From Bordetella parapertussis (lineage in GTDB: Bacteria > Pseudomonadota > Gammaproteobacteria > Burkholderiales > SG8-39), in the NCBI GenBank assembly GCA_945892985.1, contig CAMDDU010000005.1, positions 83,254 through 147,253 of the forward strand: 64,000 nucleotides of DNA. The letters run 5' to 3'. The translations under genes were made by a program, and so were the position numbers. The stretch's first letter is position 1. Each line of letters starts with the position of its first letter. A model generated the notes under the pieces. The model did no database searches. It had not been told where the DNA came from and saw only the letters and a list, made by a program, of their open reading frames with translations. Below are positions 36,822 to 46,041 of the stretch, in pieces.

Positions 36822-38729
36822 CTATTTTTTTGCTTCGAGCGCTTCCCAGCGTTGCAGGGCGGCCAGCAGTTTTTCTTCCAGTTCGGCGAAACGTGCCTGC
36901 AGCGGCTTGACCTCACCGGGATGGTCGCGGTACAGGGTGGTGTCGGCGAGGCGTGTCGTTATGTCCTGCTGCTCCGATTCCATTGCCTGCATTTTTTCCG
37001 GCAACTCCGCGAGTTCGCGGTTCTCCTTGTAGCTCAGGCGTGATTTGGGGGCTGCCGGAGTAGGTCGCTTTTCAGATTTTTTTTCGACCGGCTCGGCCGC
37101 CGTCTCCGATTTGCCCGCATTCTTGGCGCGCTGCCAGTCGGTATAGCCGCCGGCGTATTCTTTCCATTGGCCGTCGCCCTCACTGACGATGGTCTGTGTG
37201 ACGACGTTGTCGAGAAAGACCCGGTCGTGGCTGACCAGAAATAGCGTGCCGGTGTAGTCCTGCAGCAAATCCTCGAGCAACTCAAGGGTTTCGATATCCA
37301 GGTCATTGGTCGGTTCATCGAGAACCAGCACGTTGGCCGAGCGCGTGAACAGGCGCGCCAGCAGCAGGCGGTTGCGTTCCCCGCCCGAAAGTGCCTTGAC
37401 CGGAGCCTTGGCGCGCGCCGGTGGAAACAGGAAATCGCCCAGATAGCTGATGACGTGCTTGCGCACCCCGTCGACTTCAACAAAGTCGGAGCCGGGGCTG
37501 ATGGTGTCGGCGAGGGTTGCCTCCTCGTCGAGAGTTTCGCGGAACTGGTCGAAGTAGGCAATGCTGAGCTTGGTGCCCAGCTTGATCTGGCCGGCATCGG
37601 CCTCGATTTCGCCCAGGATCAGCCTGAGCAGCGTGGTCTTGCCGCTGCCGTTGGGGCCTATCAGTCCGACCTTGTCGCCGCGCAGGATGCGGCAGGAAAA
37701 ATCGTCTATCACGCGATTGTCGCCGCGCATTTGGTCCTTGTATGACTTGCTGACGTTCTCCAGTTCGGCCACCAGCTTTCCCGAACGCTCGCCTTCGCCG
37801 AGGGCAAGCTGTACTTTGCCGACGCGCTCGCGCCGCGCGGCACGTTCCAGGCGCAATGCTTCGAGCCGGCGCACCCGGCCTTCGTTGCGGGTGCGCCGCG
37901 CCTTGATGCCCTCGCGTATCCACGCCTCCTCTTGCGCCAGCACCTTGTCGAATTTGCGGCTGTGCACCGCTTCGGTTTCCAGTGCCGCGGCCTTTTGTGC
38001 CTGGTAGGCGCTGAAATTGCCCGGATACGACGATAGGTGGCCGCGGTCGAGTTCAATGATCTGGTTGGCGATGCGGTCAAGAAAACGCCGGTCGTGGGTG
38101 ACGAACAATACGCTGCCGGAAAATGACAACAGGGTTTCCTCCAGCCACTCGATGGCGGAGAAATCGAGGTGGTTGGTCGGCTCGTCGAGTATCAACATGT
38201 CCGGCTCCATGACAAGTGCACGGGCCAGTGCGACACGCTTTTTCAGTCCGCCGGACAGCTCCGATACGAGGCGGTCCGCGTCCAGTTGCAAGCGCGTCAG
38301 CGTGGTGTCGACCTTGTGCTGCAAGGTCCATCCGTCGCTCGCGTCCAGCGCCTCCTGCGCATGATGCAAGCGTTCGAGTGCGGCCGGATCGTCGTGTGCT
38401 TCGGCAAGCGCATGGGTGGCGGCGTGGTAGTCGATCAGCAGACGGTTGCCGTCCCCGAGTCCCTCGGCGACCGCCTCAAAAATACTCTGCCCCGGCGAGA
38501 CAGCCGGTTCCTGGCTGACGCTTGCCAGTTTCAGGCTGGGTGCGCGCCAGACTTTGCCGTCGTCGGCTGTCGATTCGCCGGCGATGATTTTTAGCAGGCT
38601 GGATTTTCCGGTGCCGTTACGGCCGATGAGGCCTATGCGTTGGCCCGGCTCAATGATGAGGTCGGCGTGATCGAGCAGCGGTACGTGGCCGTAGGCGAGG
38701 GAAAGCTGGGAGAGCTGGATGAGGGGCAT
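36822..38729 (-). CDS. uup: ABC-F family ATPase (Uup type: two ABC cassettes plus a C-terminal coiled-coil domain)
   Basis: Two Walker A motifs (GRNGTGKSS, GPNGSGKTT), two LSGG signatures, an inter-domain linker, and a C-terminal charged coiled coil. No TM domain. Confidence 0.85.
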   Translation of the reverse strand: MPLIQLSQLSLAYGHVPLLDHADLIIEPGQRIGLIGRNGTGKSSLLKIIAGESTADDGKVWRAPSLKLASVSQEPAVSPGQSIFEAVAEGLGDGNRLLIDYHAATHALAEAHDDPAALERLHHAQEALDASDGWTLQHKVDTTLTRLQLDADRLVSELSGGLKKRVALARALVMEPDMLILDEPTNHLDFSAIEWLEETLLSFSGSVLFVTHDRRFLDRIANQIIELDRGHLSSYPGNFSAYQAQKAAALETEAVHSRKFDKVLAQEEAWIREGIKARRTRNEGRVRRLEALRLERAARRERVGKVQLALGEGERSGKLVAELENVSKSYKDQMRGDNRVIDDFSCRILRGDKVGLIGPNGSGKTTLLRLILGEIEADAGQIKLGTKLSIAYFDQFRETLDEEATLADTISPGSDFVEVDGVRKHVISYLGDFLFPPARAKAPVKALSGGERNRLLLARLFTRSANVLVLDEPTNDLDIETLELLEDLLQDYTGTLFLVSHDRVFLDNVVTQTIVSEGDGQWKEYAGGYTDWQRAKNAGKSETAAEPVEKKSEKRPTPAAPKSRLSYKENRELAELPEKMQAMESEQQDITTRLADTTLYRDHPGEVKPLQARFAELEEKLLAALQRWEALEAKK

Positions 38730-38837
38730 TGGGAACAGGCGGAATAAAACGTCAGATGGGAACGGGGCGGATTTTTCCGACCGGCTCTGGATATTGGAAG
38801 GGCATGATGCATCCCGTCCGGGTGGTTGTGACGCCGG

Positions 38838-39953
38838 CTAATAATGCCCGGCGTTGGTCAGCAGTTCGGTAAGCAGCCGCCATTCTTCAACGGAACGAAC
38901 CGGCAGCGATACGAGCTGCGGCTGCTCATGCCAGGCTTGCATCGGTCCGACTGATGCCTTGTGTTTGTCCATAAAGCGCTGTGCATAATGCAGCCAGTCC
39001 GCATTGTAGCCCCCTTGCGAGGCATGCACGAGCAGCAGGCTGTTGCAGGTGGCGCAATCGAGACCCATTTGTGCCGCCCGGTAGCTGAAATCCACATCAT
39101 AGAGATGCCAGCCGTCGAACGTGGCTTCGTCAAAACCGACATGTAGGGCAGTTTCGCGGCGCATTGCGAGAAAAACGCCGTCAAGCGCCTGCAATCCGGC
39201 GCTTTCGGGCTCGTTGACCCCAAACAGCGTGGTAATCCGCCTCAATTGGTCTCCGGGCATGGCGACCTGCCCGCATAAATGTGGATATCCGGCGAAATGC
39301 CACGCCGCGCCAAGGAGTTTTCGCGATCCGGCGACGCCGACGATATCGTGTCTTTCCAGCGCATCGAGCAGGCGCGCGGCAAAGTCGGCATTGACGATTC
39401 GTGCATCATCATGGGCGAGTATGACGATTTCACCGCATGCGGCGCGCAGGCCGCGGTTGTAGCCCGAGGCAAGCGCACTGGCATCGTGAATGCCGATGAT
39501 TTCGTGTTCAAGGCCGGCGAGTAGTTGTTGGTACATGGCCTTGGTTTCGGCGAACCGGGTCGCGTTGGCGCTGCATATGATGACCGAGAGGGTTTTACGT
39601 TTGGAGTCTGGCAGGGTCATGTTGCCGGCTTGCCTGCCAGCGGCAAGGTCGATGCGTGCGCGACAAAGGGCATGGTGGACGCTAGCCTGCAGGCTGAGTG
39701 GATACGCGGGCTTGAGCCGGATGCAGTCAGCGAAGGCCTTGGCGGCAGAGACATAATCGTTCTGCTCTTCGAGGCTGCAGCCGAGCAGGTAGTGCAGCGG
39801 GGGCAGGTCTGGTTCGGCGTCGATGGCTTGTCGCGCGAGGCGTATCGCGGTGGGGAAATCGCCCTTACTCGACGCCGCCACAGCGCGTTGATAGAGCGCA
39901 TCTACGGTAACGCCGCCCGCCTGGCGCAAGCGTTCGAAAAGACCCTTCAACAC
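38838..39953 (-). CDS. TPR-repeat + GT-A-like glycosyltransferase (paralog 2)
   Basis: It aligns over its whole length with the upstream paralog (LSVIICS, HEIIGIHDA, GYNRG, HDD, FDGWHLYDVDFS, HASQG). The start is set at the GTG at 39953 (or the TTG at 39950), where homology begins. It overlaps the paralog-1 stop within GTGTTGA. The ORF extension to 40115 was rejected. Confidence 0.7.
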   Translation of the reverse strand: MLKGLFERLRQAGGVTVDALYQRAVAASSKGDFPTAIRLARQAIDAEPDLPPLHYLLGCSLEEQNDYVSAAKAFADCIRLKPAYPLSLQASVHHALCRARIDLAAGRQAGNMTLPDSKRKTLSVIICSANATRFAETKAMYQQLLAGLEHEIIGIHDASALASGYNRGLRAACGEIVILAHDDARIVNADFAARLLDALERHDIVGVAGSRKLLGAAWHFAGYPHLCGQVAMPGDQLRRITTLFGVNEPESAGLQALDGVFLAMRRETALHVGFDEATFDGWHLYDVDFSYRAAQMGLDCATCNSLLLVHASQGGYNADWLHYAQRFMDKHKASVGPMQAWHEQPQLVSLPVRSVEEWRLLTELLTNAGHY

Positions 39954-41089
39954 GGCGGGTGGCCGGCGAGGATCAGGTGCTTGGTGATGGACAGCCACTC
40001 CTCTGTTGACGGCATGGTGATTGCGGGCGGCGCGAGTTGTGCAAACCCGACCGGCCCTGTGAAGGTCAGATGGCGCTCGTGCTTGTTTAGAAAACGGTCG
40101 CGGTAGAAACCCCACTTTTCATCGAATTTTCCGCGCGAGGCGTGCGTCATCACCTGGTCGTTGGCTATGGCGCAACGGTAGCCTTTCAGGTGCGCGGAAA
40201 AGCTGAAGTCGATGTCGTAGAGGTGCCAGCCGTCGAAGGTCTTTTCGTCGAAGGGCAGTTGTAGCGCGAGTTCTCGTCGCACTGCGAGAAAAAAGCCGTC
40301 CATGACCTGCACGCTTTCGGCGGCCAGGCCATAAGTGCCGAAAAAATTGGCGACCGTGCCGGCCCCGTCATCGGCAGGAACGCCGACCTGCCCGCGCAGG
40401 TTCGGCCAGCCGCAGCCAAACCAGGTCGCACCCGAAAGATGGGTCGCGCCGACGGCGCCGATGAGGTCGTGCTGATCCAGGCTGGCAACCAGGCGTGCGG
40501 CGAAGTCCGGCGTGAGGATATCCACGTCATCATGCGAGAAAATAAGAATATCGCCCTTGCTGCGCGCGACGCCGCGGTTGTAGCCCTCGCAAAGCGAGCG
40601 CGCGTCGTGGATGCCGATAATCTCGTGCGGTACCCGTTCCAGCAGGCGCATATACAGCGCGGATGCCTGTTGAAAACGTCCCTCGTCAATGCTGCAAATA
40701 ATCACCGAGAGTAGCGGGGGCTTTTCAGGGAGGGCGGGTGGCGGGAAAAAAACGGATTCGCCGCGGCCCAGCCTCAGCCTTGAGTGGGCCACCGCCAGGA
40801 ATACCTGGCAATGCAGGGCCAGTGGATACGGGGGCGTGCGGACCAGGGCGTCGGTGAGCGCTGACACGGCGGCCGCATCGCTATTTTTTTTGAGCAGGCA
40901 GCGCCCGAGCCGGTAATGGGGTTCGGGCATTGCGGGCGATAGTGCGATCGCCGCGTGAAGCTGCGCCATGGCGCCATCCAGGTCGCCTTGTGCCGACAAG
41001 GCCGACGCCTGCGCGAGATGCGCCAGTGCACGCGTCTCCCGCGACGCGCGTCCGCTTAGAAGTGATTTGAATTGCTCAAGAACGCGCAT
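39947..41089 (-). CDS. TPR-repeat + GT-A-like glycosyltransferase (paralog 1)
   Basis: The ATG start is followed by about 110 aa of TPR-like helices, then LLSVIICS, HEIIGIHDA, GYNRG, SHDD and FDGWHLYDIDFS. Confidence 0.7.
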   Translation of the reverse strand: MRVLEQFKSLLSGRASRETRALAHLAQASALSAQGDLDGAMAQLHAAIALSPAMPEPHYRLGRCLLKKNSDAAAVSALTDALVRTPPYPLALHCQVFLAVAHSRLRLGRGESVFFPPPALPEKPPLLSVIICSIDEGRFQQASALYMRLLERVPHEIIGIHDARSLCEGYNRGVARSKGDILIFSHDDVDILTPDFAARLVASLDQHDLIGAVGATHLSGATWFGCGWPNLRGQVGVPADDGAGTVANFFGTYGLAAESVQVMDGFFLAVRRELALQLPFDEKTFDGWHLYDIDFSFSAHLKGYRCAIANDQVMTHASRGKFDEKWGFYRDRFLNKHERHLTFTGPVGFAQLAPPAITMPSTEEWLSITKHLILAGHPPC

Positions 41090-41107
41090 CGGGTGAGGGT
41101 CTGCTTG

Positions 41108-42331
41108 CTAAGGTTTTTTGGCTCGCCCCAGCAGTCGGCGCAGCGCATTCACGGGGCCGGCGCCCGGTTCGGGCTGTTGCGCTGGCAGGCGTTGTGCGGG
41201 GGCGGCAAGCGGTGGCGCGCCCCAGGTTTTTTTTTCGGCGCGCAGCACATTAAGCTCGTGCTGCATTCTCATCAGCGCCTGTTCGGCCGAAATCACCTTG
41301 CTCATCCCCAGCATGACATCCTGCGCGAGTGACGATCCGCTGACTTCGAACAGCGGCAGGGTGAACAGCTGTGATTCGGTGGCGGCCCCCACCAGTGCGC
41401 TTTCGGTGCCGCCGTAGCGGTGCAGGCAGTCCATGGCGAACAGGAAAAACGCCGGCGCTTGCGGGGAGGCGATGGCGCATTGCAACGCGTGTTCCGCCAG
41501 GCGCAGGTCGCGGCTTGGTGCGGCCGGTTGCCAGGAAAACAGCGGATCGCCCTCGAGTGGCGCGCCGGCAACCGCATCGGCCGGCGCGCCATCAGCGAAA
41601 TGGCGCAGTACGCGATAGTACTCGTGGGCGAGGCGCGCGCCCATGGGCATGGAGGCGCGGGAAAGGTTGCCGCCGCCGGTGTTAACCCTGTACTCCACCA
41701 GCCGCTCGTGCGAGAGGCGCAGTTCGTACTTGCCAAGCAGTCGCACCCAGTAGTCGTAGTCTTGCAACTGCAGCATAAGCGGGTCGAACTCGCCGATATC
41801 GTGTACGGCATCGGTCCTTAAAAGCGGCGTGGCGGCGCAGAGGCAGTTTCCGTTTTTGAACAGCCAGGCGAGCCATTGTTTCCTGTCAAAGTTTGCACCA
41901 CCGATGTCCTTGGTGAGCGATCCGTGGGCTGAATCGGCCATGCGTGTGCCATCAGAATCGATCAGCCAGGGTATGCCGAACAGGGCGGCGACTTCCGGGT
42001 GCGACTCCATGTAGCCGAGCTGCCTTTCGAGTTTTTCGGGCAACCACAGATCATCTGACGCACACAAGGCGATGTACTTGCCGCGTGCGCGGCGCATGGC
42101 GGCGTTCAGATTGACGCTTGGACCCGAACGCAGGGGTTGGCGCACCGCGTTAATACGTGGATCCTCATAGGAGCGAATGACCTCGAAGGTAAGGTCCGAA
42201 GAGCAATCGTCGTTGATAAGCAGCTCAAAGTCCCCGAAGCTCTGGGCGAGAATGCTTTCGATCGCAAATCCGACATAAGCGGCGTGGTTGTAGGCCGGCA
42301 TACATACGCTAACAAGCGGGGTGTGGCTCAT
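41108..42331 (-). CDS. Family 2 glycosyltransferase with a C-terminal extension of about 150 aa
   Basis: VSVCMPAYNHAAYVGFAIESILAQSFGDFELLINDDCSSD, and a DxD at ASDD. Start is the ATG at 42331. Paralog of 47771..48889. Confidence 0.85.
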   Translation of the reverse strand: MSHTPLVSVCMPAYNHAAYVGFAIESILAQSFGDFELLINDDCSSDLTFEVIRSYEDPRINAVRQPLRSGPSVNLNAAMRRARGKYIALCASDDLWLPEKLERQLGYMESHPEVAALFGIPWLIDSDGTRMADSAHGSLTKDIGGANFDRKQWLAWLFKNGNCLCAATPLLRTDAVHDIGEFDPLMLQLQDYDYWVRLLGKYELRLSHERLVEYRVNTGGGNLSRASMPMGARLAHEYYRVLRHFADGAPADAVAGAPLEGDPLFSWQPAAPSRDLRLAEHALQCAIASPQAPAFFLFAMDCLHRYGGTESALVGAATESQLFTLPLFEVSGSSLAQDVMLGMSKVISAEQALMRMQHELNVLRAEKKTWGAPPLAAPAQRLPAQQPEPGAGPVNALRRLLGRAKKP

Positions 42332-42332
42332 A

Positions 42333-43427
42333 TCAGACCTTGGTCGCTCGAGCGACCGCCTGTGCGGTTCCGGCAATATCAAAGTCCCAGCCTATGGGCA
42401 GGCTCAACACCCGGTCGGCCAGCGCTTCTGCGCGCGGGAAGGCGCCGCGGCGAAAACCCATTGTGGCGTAGGCGCCTTGCAGGTGCGGTGGACACGGGTA
42501 ATGGATGAGCGTGGCGATTCCCGCCGCGGCGAGTGTTTTCTGCAGCTGGTCGCGTTCGGCGCTTTGCACCACGAACAAATGCCAGACCGGTTCGCCCGCT
42601 GGCGCGGGGGATGGCAGCACAAGCTTGGTTGATGCCAACGCTTCCAGGTACTGGCCGGCTTGCTGGCGGCGGCGTGCGTTGCCCGCATCCAGCCCGGGAA
42701 GCTTGACGCGCAGGCAGGCTGCCTGCATTTCATCAAGACGGGAATTGCCACCCTGTACCGGATGCACGTAGCGTTCCGTTGAGCCGTAGCTGCGCAGGGC
42801 CCGTATCCTGTCCGCCAGTGCCTTGTCGCCGGTTACAACTGCGCCGCCATCGCCCAGCGCCCCGAGGTTCTTGGCCGGGTAAAAACTGAACGCCGCGGCG
42901 TGGCCCAGTGCGCCGGTGCGGCACCCCTTGAAGCGCGCGCCATGCGCCTGCGCGGCGTCCTCAAGTACGAACAGTCCTTGCTTTTGCGCCACGGCATTGA
43001 TCGCATCCATGTCGGCCGGCTCGCCGTAAAGGTGGACCGGTATGATCGCGCGCGTCCGGGGCGTGATTGCGGCTTCGATGCCCGACGGGTCGATGTTGAA
43101 GCCGGCGGGTATCGGCTCGACCGGGACAACGGTTGCCCCGCAGGCGGTAACCGCAAGCCAGGTAGCGATGAAGGTGTGGCTGGGCACGATGACCTCATCG
43201 CCTGGGCCGATGCCGGCGGCGCGCAGTGCGAGGACCAGCGCTTCAAGCCCGTTACCCACGCCAACACAGTGCCCGGCCCCGCAGTAGTTGGCAAACTCAT
43301 TCTCGAATGCCTCAAGCTCAGGGCCGAGAATGTAATGGGATGCCGCCCGCACGCGGGTCAGGGCGGCGTCGAGCTGTGTCCCTGCCTCGGCATTGATAGC
43401 CGCAAGGTCAAGAAACGGGATGTTCAC
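42333..43427 (-). CDS. DegT/DnrJ/EryC1/StrS family PLP-dependent sugar aminotransferase (FdtB/WecE-like)
   Basis: Motifs: LE.FE..FA.Y.G, LEDAAQAHGA, and SFYPAKNLGALGDGGAV (the PLP lysine). The GTG start at 43427 overlaps the FdtA stop (GTGA). Confidence 0.9.
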   Translation of the reverse strand: MNIPFLDLAAINAEAGTQLDAALTRVRAASHYILGPELEAFENEFANYCGAGHCVGVGNGLEALVLALRAAGIGPGDEVIVPSHTFIATWLAVTACGATVVPVEPIPAGFNIDPSGIEAAITPRTRAIIPVHLYGEPADMDAINAVAQKQGLFVLEDAAQAHGARFKGCRTGALGHAAAFSFYPAKNLGALGDGGAVVTGDKALADRIRALRSYGSTERYVHPVQGGNSRLDEMQAACLRVKLPGLDAGNARRRQQAGQYLEALASTKLVLPSPAPAGEPVWHLFVVQSAERDQLQKTLAAAGIATLIHYPCPPHLQGAYATMGFRRGAFPRAEALADRVLSLPIGWDFDIAGTAQAVARATKV

Positions 43428-43834
43428 CCCTTTCCCGCCGCCTCGGCAAACGCAGCATAGCTTCGGTAGTAGTCCGACTCGTCGTAAAACTCCGAAGCGA
43501 GCGCCATGCAAACCGCCCCGGATGAGAAATTGTCAATTTCGCGCCACACCATCGACGGAATATAGAGACCAAAATAAGAGCGATTCAGATGGATTTTATT
43601 TTTCGACGCGCCGTCGTCGATCAGTACGTCGAAGCTTCCCGACATCGCGATGAGCACTTGCTGCAGCTGCTTATGGGCGTGACCGGCTCGAGATGCGCCA
43701 CCGGGAACATCGTAGAGATAATAAACGCGCTTTATATCGAAGGGCACATGGCGTCCCGATTCGACAAAAGTGAGGTTGCCGCGCGCATCGGGTACGCGGG
43801 GCAACTCGATCAGGCGGCAATCCTGGATGCTCAT
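43424..43834 (-). CDS. FdtA/WxcM-like cupin: dTDP-4-keto-6-deoxyhexose 3,4-ketoisomerase
   Basis: 136 aa. RGNLTFVE, FDIKRVYYLYDVP.G..RG.HAHK and the size are typical of FdtA. Confidence 0.8.
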   Translation of the reverse strand: MSIQDCRLIELPRVPDARGNLTFVESGRHVPFDIKRVYYLYDVPGGASRAGHAHKQLQQVLIAMSGSFDVLIDDGASKNKIHLNRSYFGLYIPSMVWREIDNFSSGAVCMALASEFYDESDYYRSYAAFAEAAGKG

Positions 43835-43893
43835 AAGCAGTCCTGTGACGCCGCGGTATTCGGCGGTTCGATTCGGTTCGGGGCGAAGTACAT

Positions 43894-44622
43894 TCAGGCA
43901 GTCCTTGTTGCGACAACGCCGATATTGGCCAGCAATTCCTTTGGCAGTTGCGACCCTATCTCGTTCATTGCAGAGAGAAGCTCAGCCGAGTGCTCGAGCA
44001 TCATCGAGTTGGCGACAGGTTTGAGGAAAAAGCCAGTTGCTTCGGCCACCGCAAAGCCACCGGCTTTGAGGTCTGCTGCCAGTGTTTCATGTGAGTAAAC
44101 CCGCTGGTGTCCCACCAGTTTGTCGCGCGCCCCAAGCGAGTCCAGTTTTGGTTGCAGTTTCATCAGTACGGCCAGGCGGCGGTGCAAGGATTCCTTGTTG
44201 GGTACGACGACGATGAGCCGCCCGCCGGGGGCCAGCCACGTGCGTATGCGACGCAGCAGTGCAACCGGATCGTCCACGTGTTCGAGTATGTGCGAAGCGA
44301 CCACGGCGTCAAAGGGGGCGTCGGGGCTGAACTCTTCGAACAGGGCATGGATTGCGGTGAGGTCCGTGCCGAACTCGCGTTGCAGCGCCCCGTGCAATAT
44401 CTGAGAACCCTCCACTACCGTGAGACTGCGCCGCGCGCCAAGCATCATTCGCGTGATGATGCCCTCACCGAAACCGAGTTCGAGTACGCGGCTTGCGGGG
44501 CCCAGTGCCTGCAAAATCCAGTCCCCGCAGTAACGCTGGCAGAGGTCTTCTATGTGCTTGTCAGGAACCTTGGCGCTGGTGTGATATTCACGTGCAATGC
44601 GGTCCAGTTCCGACTTGCTCAT
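43894..44622 (-). CDS. Class I SAM-dependent methyltransferase (paralog B)
   Basis: VLELGFGEG (motif I), DAVVASHILEHV and GGRLIVVVPN. ATGA overlap with the upstream flavoprotein gene. Confidence 0.8.
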   Translation of the reverse strand: MSKSELDRIAREYHTSAKVPDKHIEDLCQRYCGDWILQALGPASRVLELGFGEGIITRMMLGARRSLTVVEGSQILHGALQREFGTDLTAIHALFEEFSPDAPFDAVVASHILEHVDDPVALLRRIRTWLAPGGRLIVVVPNKESLHRRLAVLMKLQPKLDSLGARDKLVGHQRVYSHETLAADLKAGGFAVAEATGFFLKPVANSMMLEHSAELLSAMNEIGSQLPKELLANIGVVATRTA

Positions 44623-46040
44623 GCGGTCGCTCCCAACTCGGCGGCAAGCTTCAGGCCTTGCACGATCTGGTCGTTCATCGCGCCGACATGGAAGCCTGCA
44701 GAGGGCCCGGCCAGGCGAATCGCCGGCAAATGCCGGTGCAGCCAGTCTTGTTGTTGCAGGAACGCACTGCGGTTCGCGTTGTTTGGGATCATCAAGGCAT
44801 TGGTCAGTATCTTTACCGCGCAGTATGCCACCGACCGGGGGGTGTCTATCAGGCCCAAGTCTGCCAGTTCGTGCAAAAGTGCCTGCTCCTGCTCTTCCGC
44901 ACTTGCGAGTCCGCGCCCGGCAAGTATCTCCGGGCTGAATTCAACGACCAGTCGGTGCTCATCCGCCTTGAGGTGGGCGCATCCCTCCTGGTCGGTGACA
45001 CGGTAGATCGCGCGCTTGGCTTCGGGAACAAAAACGGTGCCCAGGCCCGGTCGGATGTGGTCTTGTCCCACGGCGACAAAGCAAAGGCCTATGGTGGAGC
45101 GTGCGATTTCGGTCCCCGGCGTTGCCGGATCGGCAATGGCCAGAAGCGCGCCCGGATCCAGGGTCCATATGAATTCATTGGCGGAGACGGTATTGCCGTC
45201 CTCCAGTTCAAGCGTGGTCGGCGCTGTCCGACTGATTTTGGCTATGGCACTGCGAATGGTGCGAATGTATGGATGGGCCTCGATTTCATGCGCCAACGCG
45301 CGCACCAGCGCTCCGGCCGATCCTTCTGCCGGATAGTGGAAGCGGGTGTCTGGCAGCCGTTGGGGTGTCGCGCCAAATTGCGACAAAAGCGTTTCCGGGT
45401 AGTAAAGCGGCAGCCAGGCGGCCCGGTGATAGATCGCCAGAATGTCACTGCACGCAACGCCGAGTATTTTTCGGCACAAGGGCTCGAACAGGACTTCATG
45501 CAGCGTCCGGCCATGATTTGCGATTGAGACAGAGGCGAAATCCAACCCGGAAAACGCAGGATCAACCGATTTTCTGGAGGCATGCAGCAGATGCGGGCCT
45601 GCGGCACAGATGGCTTTGAGTTCCTGTCGGATGCGTTCGCATGTTTTCCCGTCGAATGAGGTGACGGACGCTGCATGGTTGGCGATTACCATGTCCGGCA
45701 TGGCACGGCCGTCTATGAATAAGGCCGGATCGGGTGCGATCACGGTGCGGACGCGTTGCTCCACGTAGTCGCGCACTATGCCGGTGAACCGTCCGCAGTC
45801 ATTACGTCGCGTCGGGTCATAGCCGCGAACGTCCGGCGAAGGCTCGCGGTTCGAGGCGCTGAACTCATACAAGACCATGCCCGGGTCGAAGCGGCGGGAG
45901 TCGAGTTTCAGTCCGGCGAAGTGCCCCCCCCACTGGGCGGCGGGGTTGACCAGGGCGACCTGTCGGCCTGTTGTGGCGATGGACTGTGCAGCCACCATTG
46001 CGGCAAGATTATTTCCAGCGATGATGACGGCACCCGGCAT
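44619..46040 (-). CDS. NAD(P)/FAD-binding oxidoreductase-like protein (amine-oxidase / UDP-galactopyranose-mutase superfamily) with a degenerate dinucleotide motif
   Basis: The N-terminal beta-alpha-beta VIIAGNNLAAMVAA is followed by WGGH. The overall length and C-terminal pattern resemble the flavin amine-oxidase fold. Start is the ATG at 46040. Confidence 0.6.
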   Translation of the reverse strand: MPGAVIIAGNNLAAMVAAQSIATTGRQVALVNPAAQWGGHFAGLKLDSRRFDPGMVLYEFSASNREPSPDVRGYDPTRRNDCGRFTGIVRDYVEQRVRTVIAPDPALFIDGRAMPDMVIANHAASVTSFDGKTCERIRQELKAICAAGPHLLHASRKSVDPAFSGLDFASVSIANHGRTLHEVLFEPLCRKILGVACSDILAIYHRAAWLPLYYPETLLSQFGATPQRLPDTRFHYPAEGSAGALVRALAHEIEAHPYIRTIRSAIAKISRTAPTTLELEDGNTVSANEFIWTLDPGALLAIADPATPGTEIARSTIGLCFVAVGQDHIRPGLGTVFVPEAKRAIYRVTDQEGCAHLKADEHRLVVEFSPEILAGRGLASAEEQEQALLHELADLGLIDTPRSVAYCAVKILTNALMIPNNANRSAFLQQQDWLHRHLPAIRLAGPSAGFHVGAMNDQIVQGLKLAAELGATA

Positions 46041-46041
46041 T

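Noticed and set aside
39954-40115. 5' extensions of real genes that overlap the upstream gene. This one is the example; the same applies to 46780..47202, 56710..56904, 6431..6682, 6997..7074 and 34578..34664.
   Set aside because: Homology to paralogs or families begins downstream. The extensions overlap the preceding, well-supported gene in another frame.
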